DNA from: Macrostomum lignano
Taxonomy: Eukaryota
Direction of reading: 5' to 3'
Length of the DNA stretch: 64,000 nucleotides
Assembly: GCA_002269645.1 (NCBI GenBank)
Contig: NIVC01001952.1
Span: 1-64,000 of the forward strand
In this document: piece after piece, positions 1 to 11,806 of the stretch
How positions within the stretch are numbered: position 1 is the first letter of the stretch
Layout: each line of letters begins with the position of its first letter
Made by a program: the position numbers and the translations under genes
Notes under the pieces: model-generated
Databases searched by the model: none
Told to the model about the DNA's origin: nothing
The model's input: the letters and a program-made list of their open reading frames with translations, nothing else

Positions 1-2512
1 CGTTATAGGACTTCCATTCTGTTATCTATTTTCGCAATGCATATATTTAGCATTCGTAATCTAATTATTATCTAGCAGAATGGTTTGAAGCAGACTTCTG
101 TGACGAATTGCCAGGAAAGTATAAATATACAGGAGCAAATCATGCTTGGGTTCAGTGTGAGGGCTGCGTACAACACGACCAAATTTTTATCAGATACCAG
201 ATCAGACATTGAACATCGCATGTAAACGTCTCTAATAAACAGATGCTAATTAGCATTTTAATTTTCTGTTGGGCTATTAATGCAAAATTCAATTGTCAGG
301 AAAAGCTAGTAGGCTTTTAGATATAATCCTTTTCTTCTGCGGAGCAGGGACAGTTTCTCTGAAAAAGTAGAAAACTAATGCCCAGACAAGGAGGGTCTAC
401 TTTGGTGCTGCAGACTGTTATGACTTCGCACTCTATGAGTGCGCTAGCTATCTAAGATAGCTTTTTTAACTTTCTTTTCCCATGCAGACATTGCTTATAA
501 ATAACGCTGACGCAAATGCATTTACCGCAGCAGAGGGAGAGCGTGTCTGCAGGGAGTTGTCCATGGCAGGCAATGCTAAGCTTCACCCTTAAGCATTGAC
601 GAGCGGGCGGCGCCTGTCACTTGGCTATCAAACTTTTTCCCACTTATCGCGCAGCTCTGATGACTTACTTTACTTTATGCAGACAGACAACCGGTCGTCT
701 GACCCGCAGAACTTTCCACCCGATCGTTTCCCTGGGGGGGGGGTACTATTATTTTTGTTTCTTCTAGGTATTCATTTGATTGGCAGTCCAGCATACTTGA
801 TGCTGCAAAAGACGGACAGTCGATATGTTTGCCTTCGCATCACAACTAGAAAGCTTCAGTCAGTCAATTATTTAACTAATGAAATGTTCCACTCTTTAAG
901 CCCTTTGAAAGCGCCCACAAGTTGTGCGAATTCTTACGAAAGACACACTGCAGTATTCAGCAAATATAGCAGCGCAATCAGCATTCTTGAGTGACTGTGT
1001 CGCCCTTACTTTGTCTGGTTGGGGTCTGCATACAGCTTTAATTGTTTACGGATGTGGGCGTAAACACAAGAGCATCGGTACAATCGCAGGGTAGGTAAAA
1101 AAACTCGAGGCCTCGTTAAATACGTTTGCAGCTCTCAAAGCTTACTGAAGTTTATGCAGAAGCTTTCAACTGTCAACAGAAGCTAGGAGCTGTCTTAGTT
1201 TAAGGTGCATCGTAAACTTTTTTCAGGAAACTGGTAAGCAAAAATAGCTTTATTTATTGCAGATCCTTTCGGCTGCCGAAACAGTTAAGTCAGCTAATAC
1301 ACCAGCAGTACCACTGCTTTATGCTTTATTTATGCTTTTAGTCGCACGCTATTGCCCCTGCTGCAGACAACAACTTTCAGAAGGAAATTCATAAAGTTAC
1401 TCGAAAGCAACTCCTGTTGCACCTGTTTTGTTCCTAAGCTGCACTCGAATTCGCGCGGTTGTGTTGCCATAAAAGCTACTTTTTACAAGCCAGGACGCTG
1501 ACATTTGGGTGAGGATGGATTGATTCCACAGTTGACATTGGAATCGGCCAACCGTCTGTCTGCTAGCAAAAAATCCAGCCAAATCTGCTGACCGCTTCAA
1601 TTGATAAGTAGGAAACTGAAATGTCATCGAGGAACCTGCCGGTACCATTTGATTTTCTTAAACAATGTAGGGCTTTTGTTGTAGGCCTGTTTCGCTGCAA
1701 TCTTCTATCGTTAAATTAACAAGCTGCAAATTGTATAGTTCCATTTTAGAGCATTGAGAACTTAGCAATTTCGCATCACATGATGCGCTGCTGGCCGCCG
1801 TTCCGAACTTTCGAGGGATTATTGATGTGAGAGGTAGTTCCTCCCCTGAAGGGTGTTGGTCCGACCGTCCGACGAGACTAACTAGGCGGAACTTTCCTTC
1901 AAGCGCCTGCACTCGCTCAACTTTCCATAGGCAGCGAATAACTAGATGGGTGCCTGGCGCCGCCAGTAATGAGGAAAAGGGGAACTTGGGCCCCAGACCC
2001 CCTTTCCCTAGCAGATTGCAAATTCCAACGCAACGGGAGTGCGGCGAATTGCTAGCTGAGAGTTGGAGGTGCAGAGGCCAGATTGCCTGGCACCTCCCGC
2101 GGAGAAAGAGGCCAAGTAGACTTACAGACTCGCATTGTAGACCATTTCCGCGCCCCCAGCAACTATCACCAGCTGTTCCTTTCCAAATCTCCCTACAGTT
2201 GCAGACTAAACCAGTTTTCGGTGGGCCTTCACATAGTCATAAACCCAGGCGTGCACAGCAGGGATCCAGATCCCACATTTGGGAACAACTGGCGTCAATT
2301 AAACGCCCAATACCAGGCCTATTCGCTCTCAGCCAAGTAATTATAAAGATTCTTGCGAAATTCCAACACTTCGGCCTGCATTCTTCACGCCCGAGGTTGT
2401 TACAAGAAACCACTCATGCTATACAGAATTTGATTGCTAGTCACGTGATTCTGACATAACAGCCCGATGTGCGGGCGTTACCAAGGCAGGCTATCCAGCA
2501 CCACCTGATCCC

Positions 2513-2520
2513 TATAAATA
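2513..2520 (+). promoter_or_regulatory. Putative TATA box of the secreted orphan gene
   Basis: TATAAATA lies about 75 nt upstream of the ATG at 2596. Only its position supports the call. Confidence 0.3.
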
Positions 2521-2595
2521 CACAGCTGACCAGGAAGGGATACAGGCTTAAATTCCACACTATTTCTTAAAATCGAACAAAATCTGTGACCAAAA

Positions 2596-4443
2596 ATGTT
2601 TAACTGGAGGCTGCTATGCCTCTTCGGCTTCCTGCTAGGACACATCGGCGTCCACGCAGCATCTGTGCACGAAGTGTCAATCTCCGTGCGAAGCGTCAAG
2701 TCCATTGTCTATCGAGGCATGCAGATCTCGGTATTTGAGCATGTCCAAACGCCTAAGCGCTACTTCTTCCAGCCCTTAGGGTTTCTCGATTCTGCCTCTG
2801 CGCGGCTAGCCGACAATCCTGGGTTCAACCGCACGGAGCTTCACATCGATATTTACCTGTGGACTGACGAGTTCATCCAGCTAGTTGAGAGTCACTTCAC
2901 CGAGCACAAGTCCGTGGAGCTGCTGCCTCTGACTGGACTCAGTTTGACCTGGTCGAATCGCGCATCTATGTGGCTCGGTCCCGACTTCAATCGAACATAC
3001 CGCCTACTGGATGAGTGGAAAGACGGCGATAAGCCGCATATGAGAAGTACATTCACCATCTTCTGCGACAAACGCGACGCGTGCGAGCGGCTGTTTTCGA
3101 AGTTCAACCAAAGCAACGAGGCGATCGGCAACCTTTTCGATCTGAGGTACAAGATCCAGTGCGACAACTCACGCAACTTCTCGCTAACCGTTCGCAGCAA
3201 CCACTTCTTGCAGTCGTCTGTCTTCCAATACCTGGACCGGTTTGCATCCCAGCGGCCCGCAGATCGACAAGTGATAATTCCCGAACAGTCTGTGAATGAG
3301 CTGGCCGACCAGGTATACACGGCTGCGCTAGTCGAACTGCAGCGTGAGGCCAAGCAGCACTTCACCTATGTTGACAGTGAGTCACGCCAAGCCATCCTGG
3401 CTGATCTGCATCGCCACCTGCGCTCGCGTCCGGTGCACTCGCTGAGCGATTTCCAATGGAGGAACTACGTCGCCTGGCCTGCTGACCGCCTAGACATGCG
3501 CCCGGACAAGCTTGCGCACATGTTCAACGCTCTGTTCACGGCCTCCGACCGGCCGCTGACAGTGCAACTCACCAGCGCCGACCGGATGAACGAAGTTCGC
3601 GAGACCCTGCCAACCGCCGAGTTCATGAAGATCGACGCGTTCGTCCGACGCTACACGCCCAGGCGTCCAACCGACACTGTGCCGATCCCAGTTACCGAAG
3701 TTCGCGACCTTTCGCTAGCACTTTCCAGCCCCGTTGTCTGGAATGTGTCCACCAATAGGTTCACCGCCTCGCCAAACAGCGTCATGTTTCGCATCAATAT
3801 TGAGCAGATAAAGAGTGAAGGCACGCTGTTGATCCGCGATGTCCTAGTATTCTACAAGGAGACTGCCCATCGGGATCAGGTGACCCCGCTGGATCGCTCC
3901 AAAGGCGGCATCGAGACTACCTGGCGCGCACAGGCTGACCAGCTGGACACCAATCTGCAACAGCTGCAGCAGAAGGTGAGACAACTGGAGTCCAGCCTCA
4001 GGCGAGTCTCATCCGAGTTCGACAGCTGGACTTCCGTGTACGCGCCTGGAGGCCGCGGTCCAAGTGGCGTCAACCTACGCAGCGGTGAAGCGCCGGTTGA
4101 GTTCTACCCACCGGTTGGCCCCAGAGAGGCCATGCCCGACCTGGCCGCCCTGCGCCGCTCCCTGGCCTCGCTGGAGACCCGGGTGGCCGGCCTGGCCGCT
4201 AACCGGTCCCGGCTCTACCAGCCGCGGTTCGCCGACTCCTTCTGCGTATTGGCTAATCGGGAGAACCCGCCCGGCATGACCTGCCAGATCCTGTCCATGA
4301 TCATCCCCAAGAAGTCGCTGCGGTACAGTCCGATATTCGACAGGCGCATTCGCTACCAGGAGGGCCGCATCGGCCAGAGCCACCTGTCCGAGCTGAACGA
4401 CGACTTTGTCGCTTTCAGCCTCAAGATTTGCTGCACCGCCTGA
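2596..4443 (+). CDS. Intronless secreted protein, 615 aa: signal peptide, uncharacterised N-terminal domain, coiled coil, Cys-containing C-terminal module (possibly ApeC-like)
   Basis: Long GC-rich ORF with coding-like codon usage. N-terminus MFNWRLLCLFGFLLGHIGVHA is a typical signal peptide. Heptad stretch LDTNLQQLQQKVRQLESSLRRV. C-terminus FADSFCVL..PPG...LKICC. AATAAA motifs follow at about 4672 and 4728. Confidence 0.85.
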   Translation: MFNWRLLCLFGFLLGHIGVHAASVHEVSISVRSVKSIVYRGMQISVFEHVQTPKRYFFQPLGFLDSASARLADNPGFNRTELHIDIYLWTDEFIQLVESHFTEHKSVELLPLTGLSLTWSNRASMWLGPDFNRTYRLLDEWKDGDKPHMRSTFTIFCDKRDACERLFSKFNQSNEAIGNLFDLRYKIQCDNSRNFSLTVRSNHFLQSSVFQYLDRFASQRPADRQVIIPEQSVNELADQVYTAALVELQREAKQHFTYVDSESRQAILADLHRHLRSRPVHSLSDFQWRNYVAWPADRLDMRPDKLAHMFNALFTASDRPLTVQLTSADRMNEVRETLPTAEFMKIDAFVRRYTPRRPTDTVPIPVTEVRDLSLALSSPVVWNVSTNRFTASPNSVMFRINIEQIKSEGTLLIRDVLVFYKETAHRDQVTPLDRSKGGIETTWRAQADQLDTNLQQLQQKVRQLESSLRRVSSEFDSWTSVYAPGGRGPSGVNLRSGEAPVEFYPPVGPREAMPDLAALRRSLASLETRVAGLAANRSRLYQPRFADSFCVLANRENPPGMTCQILSMIIPKKSLRYSPIFDRRIRYQEGRIGQSHLSELNDDFVAFSLKICCTA

Positions 4444-6014
4444 TGACTGCAGTGAGGCTGCAAAGTTTGAGTGGTTCACATTGACCTTAACTATGAAGAC
4501 AACAAATGAGAAATATTTTCCGGGCTCAGTCTCCCGATGAGCGCGGCATTTGGTCGCATTCTACCTTTGACTCTAAATTAGTAGTTAAACCTTTGTGCAG
4601 TGCAACCAGTTTTACCAACCTCTCCAATTTTTTATTCAGCCAGCATTCTCTCGAAATGCTACTATTAGTAAAATAAAAAACGGCGCAAAAAGCTTTTCTT
4701 TTCAAATCCAACTGCTAGCTGGAAGCAAATAAAAATTGATACAACAGCGTTCATTTCGGTACTGTTTCATAACTTATTGGTGTCAATGTATAGTTGAAGA
4801 TTTGCTTATTTTAACCAATTGTCCATCCACGTACAAGGCTTAGATTGGCACTCCATTCTATTCTTTCTTCCATGGTGGAAATGCTCAAAATACCGTTGCA
4901 TTTTTCTACAGCGCTGAATGGGCTTTCGCCATAGACAATTTCAGTCCAGAAGATCCTATGACAAAAAATACACTAAGGAGATAGGAATTACTACTGGAAC
5001 TGACCTGAAGGTATTACTTTAAGTAGCGTAAATTGACGGAATGCAAATCTGAACTAACGTCAGCCTTTATCTTCGGTTTGTTTATCATGGCTGGCTAACT
5101 GATTTCTATTCAGAGGCTTGCAGGCAAAATGCATTTGACTAAAATCAGGCTCTTCTAAACCCGAGTCGGGTCGAATCGATGAGACTGGGCTATCATGAAA
5201 TCAGAAGAGATGCCAGCAAGGGCTGGGTGAAGCAGCAGGCATGGCGGCAGCGGGGAAGTGACAATGGGAAGCAAAGCGGGACACAAGCGATCAATCGATT
5301 GTCAGTCGGTGCATGATCTGGGAGGCATTGTGGGATGAGAGCTGGGTCTTGCAAGCTGGCTGCCAGGAAGGCCCGCAAAGTCTTCGGATTGCGACTGCAG
5401 CGGCAGAAAGTGCCAATGCAGATGATTTTTCCCTACCGGAGCAGTTTTCGCCTTTCCCTTTCTGCTTTTTGCACTCTTCGGTTAAATGAAGATTTATAGA
5501 GCTTCCCGAGCAGACCTTTTATTTATTATTCCTTAAGTATTATTGTTATTTTGTAAAAAACACTAACTACTTAAGCTCCCATGGCTTTGGTTAGCTTCTA
5601 GGTGCTATATCGCGTGAAACTTAATAGAACCAATTCTTTCGGTTTTCGGTATTAATCTTGTTTTCATACAGTAAGTGACGACTGATGGAGAGCGTCCTCA
5701 GAGCTCTGGCTTACACCAATCTGAGCTGCTATTCAAAGTTAATCTGTGATCTGAGGCTGAGCTTATCCTCAAATACCACACAGCATATTGATGAAGAATA
5801 ATATTCTCGCACGCCAATTCAAGCTCAGCATCCTTATTTTATCGCAGCCAATATAGGCATTGAGAGGGCTCTCATTCCCTAGCCAGTCTGCCCCATAAGA
5901 GGATAATTTTCTGTGGCGAATCCGAATCAGCATGAAAATCATTCCCCTAAGACTGAGCACCTTTTCAACAGAGAATGTTTTTTTGTCTCCATTAAAGATT
6001 TGGGGTTCTGAGCT

Positions 6015-6015
<1 letters not shown>

Positions 6016-6094
<79 letters not shown>

Positions 6095-6128
6095 ACAGTC
6101 TCTCTCTCTCTCTCTCTCTTTCTCTCTC

Positions 6129-6183
<55 letters not shown>

Positions 6184-6192
6184 GTCTCTCTC

Positions 6193-6260
<68 letters not shown>

Positions 6261-6269
6261 GTCTCTCTC

Positions 6270-6323
<54 letters not shown>

Positions 6324-6332
6324 GTCTCTCTC

Positions 6333-6378
<46 letters not shown>

Positions 6379-6393
6379 GTCTCTCTCTCACAG

Positions 6394-6469
<76 letters not shown>

Positions 6470-6483
6470 ACACAGTCTCTCTC

Positions 6484-6543
<60 letters not shown>

Positions 6544-6558
6544 GTCTCTCTCTCACAG

Positions 6559-6629
<71 letters not shown>

Positions 6630-6640
6630 ATCTCTCTCTT

Positions 6641-6731
<91 letters not shown>

Positions 6732-6746
6732 GTCTCTCTCTCACAG

Positions 6747-6824
<78 letters not shown>

Positions 6825-6838
6825 ACACAGTCTCTCTC

Positions 6839-6896
<58 letters not shown>

Positions 6897-6911
6897 GTCT
6901 CTCTCTCACAG

Positions 6912-6984
<73 letters not shown>

Positions 6985-6995
6985 ATCTCTCTCTT

Positions 6996-7088
<93 letters not shown>

Positions 7089-7103
7089 GTCTCTCTCTCA
7101 CAG

Positions 7104-7178
<75 letters not shown>

Positions 7179-7188
7179 ATCTCTCTCT

Positions 7189-7276
<88 letters not shown>

Positions 7277-7301
7277 AGTCTCTCTCTCTTTCTCTCTCTC
7301 T
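6016..7301. repeat. About 1.3-kb interrupted (CT)n/(GA)n microsatellite
   Basis: Directly visible CT run with recurring CACACAGT, CAAGT and CTTT interruptions. Confidence 0.98.
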
Positions 7302-7700
7302 AGTGTTCGGTGATTAATGTTGCCGCAGCCAACGGCAGACAGGAAACTGTGTCAGTTTCAATTCACACCAGCCCCTTCCGGTGGATAACGGACAGCGCGA
7401 CTGACTGACTATCATTACATGAAACAGTTGGAAAAGCAATATTCAGAAATACACTGCCGCCTTGAACTCGGCTCAGCTTCTTCCGACATCAAGGTAATAC
7501 TCGTACCAAAGCAAGAGCAGGGAGCGGTAGGATAACCGCTGCAGATCGCTATTGTGCGACAGGATAAATGGGGAACGGGCTGAGTCCCCATTTTTGTTGT
7601 TTTTTATTAGTGAATTTTACGTTTGAGTTGCATCTGAGCTGACTTTTCATTAATTTTCTTTAGGAGAGGCGCAGCTTTTCATTCTCTGCTTTTGTCAATA

Positions 7701-8090
7701 CAGTCAGTCAGTCAGTCAGTCAGTCAGTCAGTCAGTCAGTCAGTCAGTCAGTCAGTCAGTCAGTCAGTCAGTCAGTCAGTCAGTCAGTCAGTCAGTCAGT
7801 CAGTCAGTCAGTCAGTCAGTCAGTCAGTCAGTCAGTCAGTCAGTCAGTCAGTCAGTCAGTCAGTCAGTCAGTCAGTCAGTCAGTTAGTCAGTCAGTCAGT
7901 CAGTCAGTCAGTCAGTCAGTCAGTCAGTCAGTCAGTCAGTCAGTCAGTCAGTCAGTCAGTCAGTCAGTCAGTCACCCACTCACTCAAGTCAGTCAGTCAG
8001 TCAGTCAGTCAGTCAGTCAGTCAGTCAGTCAGTCAGTCAGTCAGTCAGTCAGTCAGTCAGTCAGTCAGTCAGTCAGTCAGTCAGTCAGTC
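7701..8090. repeat. (CAGT)n tetranucleotide microsatellite
   Basis: Directly visible, about 390 bp with few interruptions. Confidence 0.98.
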
Positions 8091-8328
8091 TGGTTTAATA
8101 CCGCACGCTCTCAGCTGGCCATAAATGGAGGTTTTAAAATCAAAGATGCGAAACTTTTTACGGAATTATGAGTTATGGATTGTTTTTTTAGTTGCTTAAC
8201 CTTCCGCCTTTATTTTTCATTATTTATTTGCACTGGCTGAGCAAGCAGCAGAGCGGGCAGGCTGTCCGAGTTAGTGTCCAGTCAACATGTCCTGCTCGCT
8301 ATCTTTCCGCTTTTATTTGTCCAACTGG

Positions 8329-8676
8329 TCAGCCGAGGAAACCCGGCGAGCCTCTGGACGATGAAACCGGCTGCCGCAGACTGTCGAGGTCGGACTCTAG
8401 CGGCATGCCGAACATGGCCGCCGCCTCCGAGCTGCTGCCAGCTCTCTTAGCCAGCCTGGCCTGCCGCAGGCGGCGCAGCACCTCTAGGAGGACGCTGTCG
8501 GGAGGCAGGCGACCGTCGTCTACAACAGCGTAGCCAGTGTTGATGCCAAGGACATCCGTCTCGTCACCGGAGCTGTTGGCCAGCGGCGTCGGGAGCAGAG
8601 CGGCGAATAACGCGATGGCAACTATGGATGCGGAGTTGTTGGCGTTTGTCAGAGTGCTAGTCCCTGTGTTGGTCAT
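8329..8676 (-). CDS. Probable neuropeptide/prohormone precursor, 115 aa
   Basis: Hydrophobic segment SIVAIALFAALLPTPLA, acidic spacer, dibasic KR site, and C-terminal RGSPGFLG-stop (Gly amidation donor). AATAAA lies about 12 nt after the stop (forward TTTATT 8312-8317). Confidence 0.6.
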   Translation of the reverse strand: MTNTGTSTLTNANNSASIVAIALFAALLPTPLANSSGDETDVLGINTGYAVVDDGRLPPDSVLLEVLRRLRQARLAKRAGSSSEAAAMFGMPLESDLDSLRQPVSSSRGSPGFLG

Positions 8677-9798
8677 AGAGTGCTAGTCCCTGTGTTGGTC
8701 ATAGAGTGCTAGTCCCTGTGTTGGTCATAGAGTGCTAGTCCCTGTGTTGGTCATAGAGTGCTAGTCCCTGTGTTGGTCATGAGTGCTAGTCCCTGTGTTG
8801 GTCATAGAGTGCTAGTCCCTGTGTTGGTCATAGAGTGCTAGTCCCTGTGTTGGTCATAGAGTGCTAGTCCCTGTGTTGGTCATAGAGTGCTAGTCCCTGT
8901 GTTGGTCATGGAGTGCTAGTCCCTGTGTTGGTCATAGAGTGCTAGTCCCTGTGTTGGTCATAGAGTGCTAGGTTCTGTGTTGGTCATAGAGTGCTAGTCC
9001 CTGTGTTGGTCATGGAGTGCTAGTCCCTGTGTTGGTCATAGAGTGCTAGTCCCTGTGTTGGTCATAGAGTGCTAGTCCCTGTGTTGGTCATAGAGTGCTA
9101 GTCCCTGTGTTGGTCATAGAGTGCTACTAGTCCCTGTGTTGGTCATAGAGTGCTAGGTTCTGTGTTGGTCATAGAGTGCTAGGTTCTGTGTTGGTCATAG
9201 AGTGCTAGTCCCTGTGTTGGTCATAGAGTTTTAGTCTCTGTGTTGGTCAAAGAGTGCTAGTCCCTGTGTTGGTCATAGAGTGCTAGGTTCTGTGTTGGTC
9301 ATAGAGTGCTAGTCCCTGTGTTGGTCATAGAGTGCTAGGTTCTGTGTTGGTCATAGAGTGCTAGTCCCTGTGTTGGTCATAGAGTGCTAGGTTCTGTGTT
9401 GGTCATAGAGTGTTAGTCCCTGTGTTGGTCATAGAGTGCTAGGTTCTGTGTTGGTCATAGAGTGTTAGTCCCTGTGTTGGTCATAGAGTGCTAGTCCCTG
9501 TGTTGGTCATAGAGTTTTAGTCTCTGTGTAAGTCAAAGAGTGCTAGGTTTTGGTTGGTCATAGAGTGCTAGGTTCTGTGTTGGTCATAGAGTGCTAGGTT
9601 CTGTGTTGGTCATAGAGTGCTAGGTTCTGTGTTGGTCATAGAGTGCTAGTCACTGTGTTGGTCATAGAGTGCTAGGTTCTGTGTTGGTCATAGAGAGCTA
9701 GTCTCTGTGTTGGTCATAGAGTGCTAGTCCCTGTGTTGGTCATAGAGTGCTAGCCCCTGTGTTGGTCACAGAGTGCTATTTTGGTCATGAAGTGCTAG
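8651..9798. repeat. 26-bp minisatellite, about 43 copies (AGAGTGCTAGTCCCTGTGTTGGTCAT, variant ...TAGGTTCTGTG...)
   Basis: Directly visible tandem array. On the minus strand the unit begins ATGACCAACACAGGGACTAGCACTCT. Confidence 0.97.
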
Positions 9799-9952
9799 CA
9801 CTGTGCCATATTGTTTCAGATCGACAGTGTCTACGTGGTGCCTTTCTAGTCAAATTGTGAAAGACATGGTGATAATAAAGAATTATTAATGTGTGTAGTG
9901 AATAGCTGTTCATACATCAGCCATTTTTATGGCACCTGCAATAATCAATGGC

Positions 9953-10216
9953 CAGATGTGCAACCGACAGCTCAGCCGCAGCTATTGCGCGGCACATCTG
10001 AAGGCTGCGTACGGCTGTTCAGTCCAAGAACTGGGGGGGGGGGTTGCCACGCCAATTATCCCAGCTAATGCTGGCACCCATTTTACAGCTGGGTGAATTG
10101 AAGCAATACAGAGTTAATTGTGTCTTGCTCAGGGACACAAATTGTTCAGAGTGGGTCGAGAATCGAACCCCCGACCTTTCAGTCGTGAGTCCGTTGATCT
10201 AACCACTAGGCTACAA
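9953..10216 (-). mobile_element. tRNA-derived CORE-type SINE, copy 1
   Basis: The minus strand shows an A-box-like TAGCCTAGTGGTTAGA and a B-box GGTTCGATTC. A CORE-like block (GTCCCTGAGCAAGACAC..TTAACTCTG..TCAATTCACCCAGCTGTAAAATGGG) follows. The conserved 3' module is shared with three other copies. Confidence 0.85.
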
Positions 10217-11544
10217 AATTTTTTTAGGATTTTTTCAATGCCGTATTTAGTTTCTACTCATAATAATTAATTATGTGGGATTTTCATAGATCTAATTTTC
10301 TTAAAAGCTTTCGTGACACCGCAGCGGATGCTCGTGATTTTGGATGCGGCCTGAGGTGGCAGACACAGGCAAGTCCCATGCTGTCAAGCAACCAGATTTC
10401 AATCGAATAAAGACTGCTCACGATTTTTATCAATTCGCTAGATTGATTAAAGCAACCGAAATTTCTGATCTGGTACACGAAAAACCACAATTTTTTTCTG
10501 CACCCTCTTTCATGCATTGACAGAAATTTTCAAGCCTTCACTAACCACTGAGCTGCCTCTGTCTCGTAGTGGTGCCCTCTTTTTGTAGCAACTTCTATGG
10601 CACCACCGTTTGTGGCATCCGGGGCCTCTGAACGGCTATTTGATCACCAGGGTCATAAAGTACAGGGTGTCCCAGGGTGCCTAAAGTGCTTCCAGGTCGT
10701 TAAATGAGGTCAAAGTATCGAAAAGAGAATTAGGTTTCTAAATTATTCATAAGAAGTTCACTTCTACGGGCTCTCAAAAGATTGATATCGGAGAACCCGA
10801 TATTATTCAGCCACTTCAGGTTCTGCACTCCATTCTTTAATCTCAAGTTACATTCCAATTCCAACAGACCAATCCGTTGGATTAGTGAAAGTGCTCAATT
10901 CACCCAGTCGCTTCTGTTTACTTTCTCTCGACAAGAAAGTGTCATTTTCAAAGGTAAATTCAAATTAGTCTAGAGAAGATTTGCGGTAAGAGATTGGTGA
11001 GAGAAATGCGCCTCACCACCTGACACTGCTCAGAAGGTTTGATTGATCTATTCGACGCATGGGCTTATCCGAAAACAGATGATGGAGACGCCTAAAACAA
11101 CAGGTTCATTTGAGTCGAATGAAAAGAGAAAAAGTGCGCCAAAATCTTGGTCAAGACTCGAGAAAACCGATTGAGATCTGTTGAATCGGATCGAACTGCT
11201 GGCCATTCAGAAGCAACGAGCTGGGAAAATGTCAAAGCTTGGCTATGAGAACAAAGGAGCTTTGATCGACATGCCAAACGATTTATATTTTATAACAGAG
11301 GCGAGGGCGCTAAGTTTATCTGGAAAAGAGTTGCCACTAAAGTGCATATTGCTTGTCCGCATTGTCTTTGCATGAATTTTATGCTGTAACCACTTGAATA
11401 ATTAGAAACCACTAATTCTGCGTCATTCCCTTGCTCGGAGCAATGTTTTGCCAGAGGACAACAAGAAGATCTAATTTGGACACCCCCATTTTCACTAGGG
11501 GCAGGTGACCCACTTGACCTCCCCTACCGTTGGATAGCTCTAAT

Positions 11545-11806
11545 GGGCAGATGTGCAACCGACAGCTCAGCCGCAGCTATTGCGCGGCGCATCTGAAGGC
11601 TGCGTACGGCTGTTCAGTCCAAGGACTTAAACACACACCCTCAATTACCCAGCTAATGCTGGCACCCATTTTACAGCTGGGTGAACTGAAGCAATGCAGA
11701 GTTAAGTGTCTTGCTCAAGGTCACAAATTGTTTTGGTGGGATCGGGAATCGAACCCTGGACCTTAAAATCGTGAGTCTGAGACTCTGACCAGTAGGCTAC
11801 AACCCC
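11545..11806 (-). mobile_element. tRNA-derived CORE-type SINE, copy 2
   Basis: Same head, CORE and 3' module as copy 1. Confidence 0.85.

Noticed and set aside
1397-2459. Several ORFs and possible short exons upstream of the secreted gene
   Set aside because: I found no recognisable domain and could not build a consistent splice model.
5932-8171. Long SLSL / ERER / SVSQ ORFs
   Set aside because: These are stop-free frames of the (CT)n and (CAGT)n microsatellites, with no coding signal.
8651-9798. 26-bp and 16-bp arrays as CRISPR arrays
   Set aside because: They are head-to-tail repeats without unique spacers, there are no cas genes, and the context is eukaryotic.
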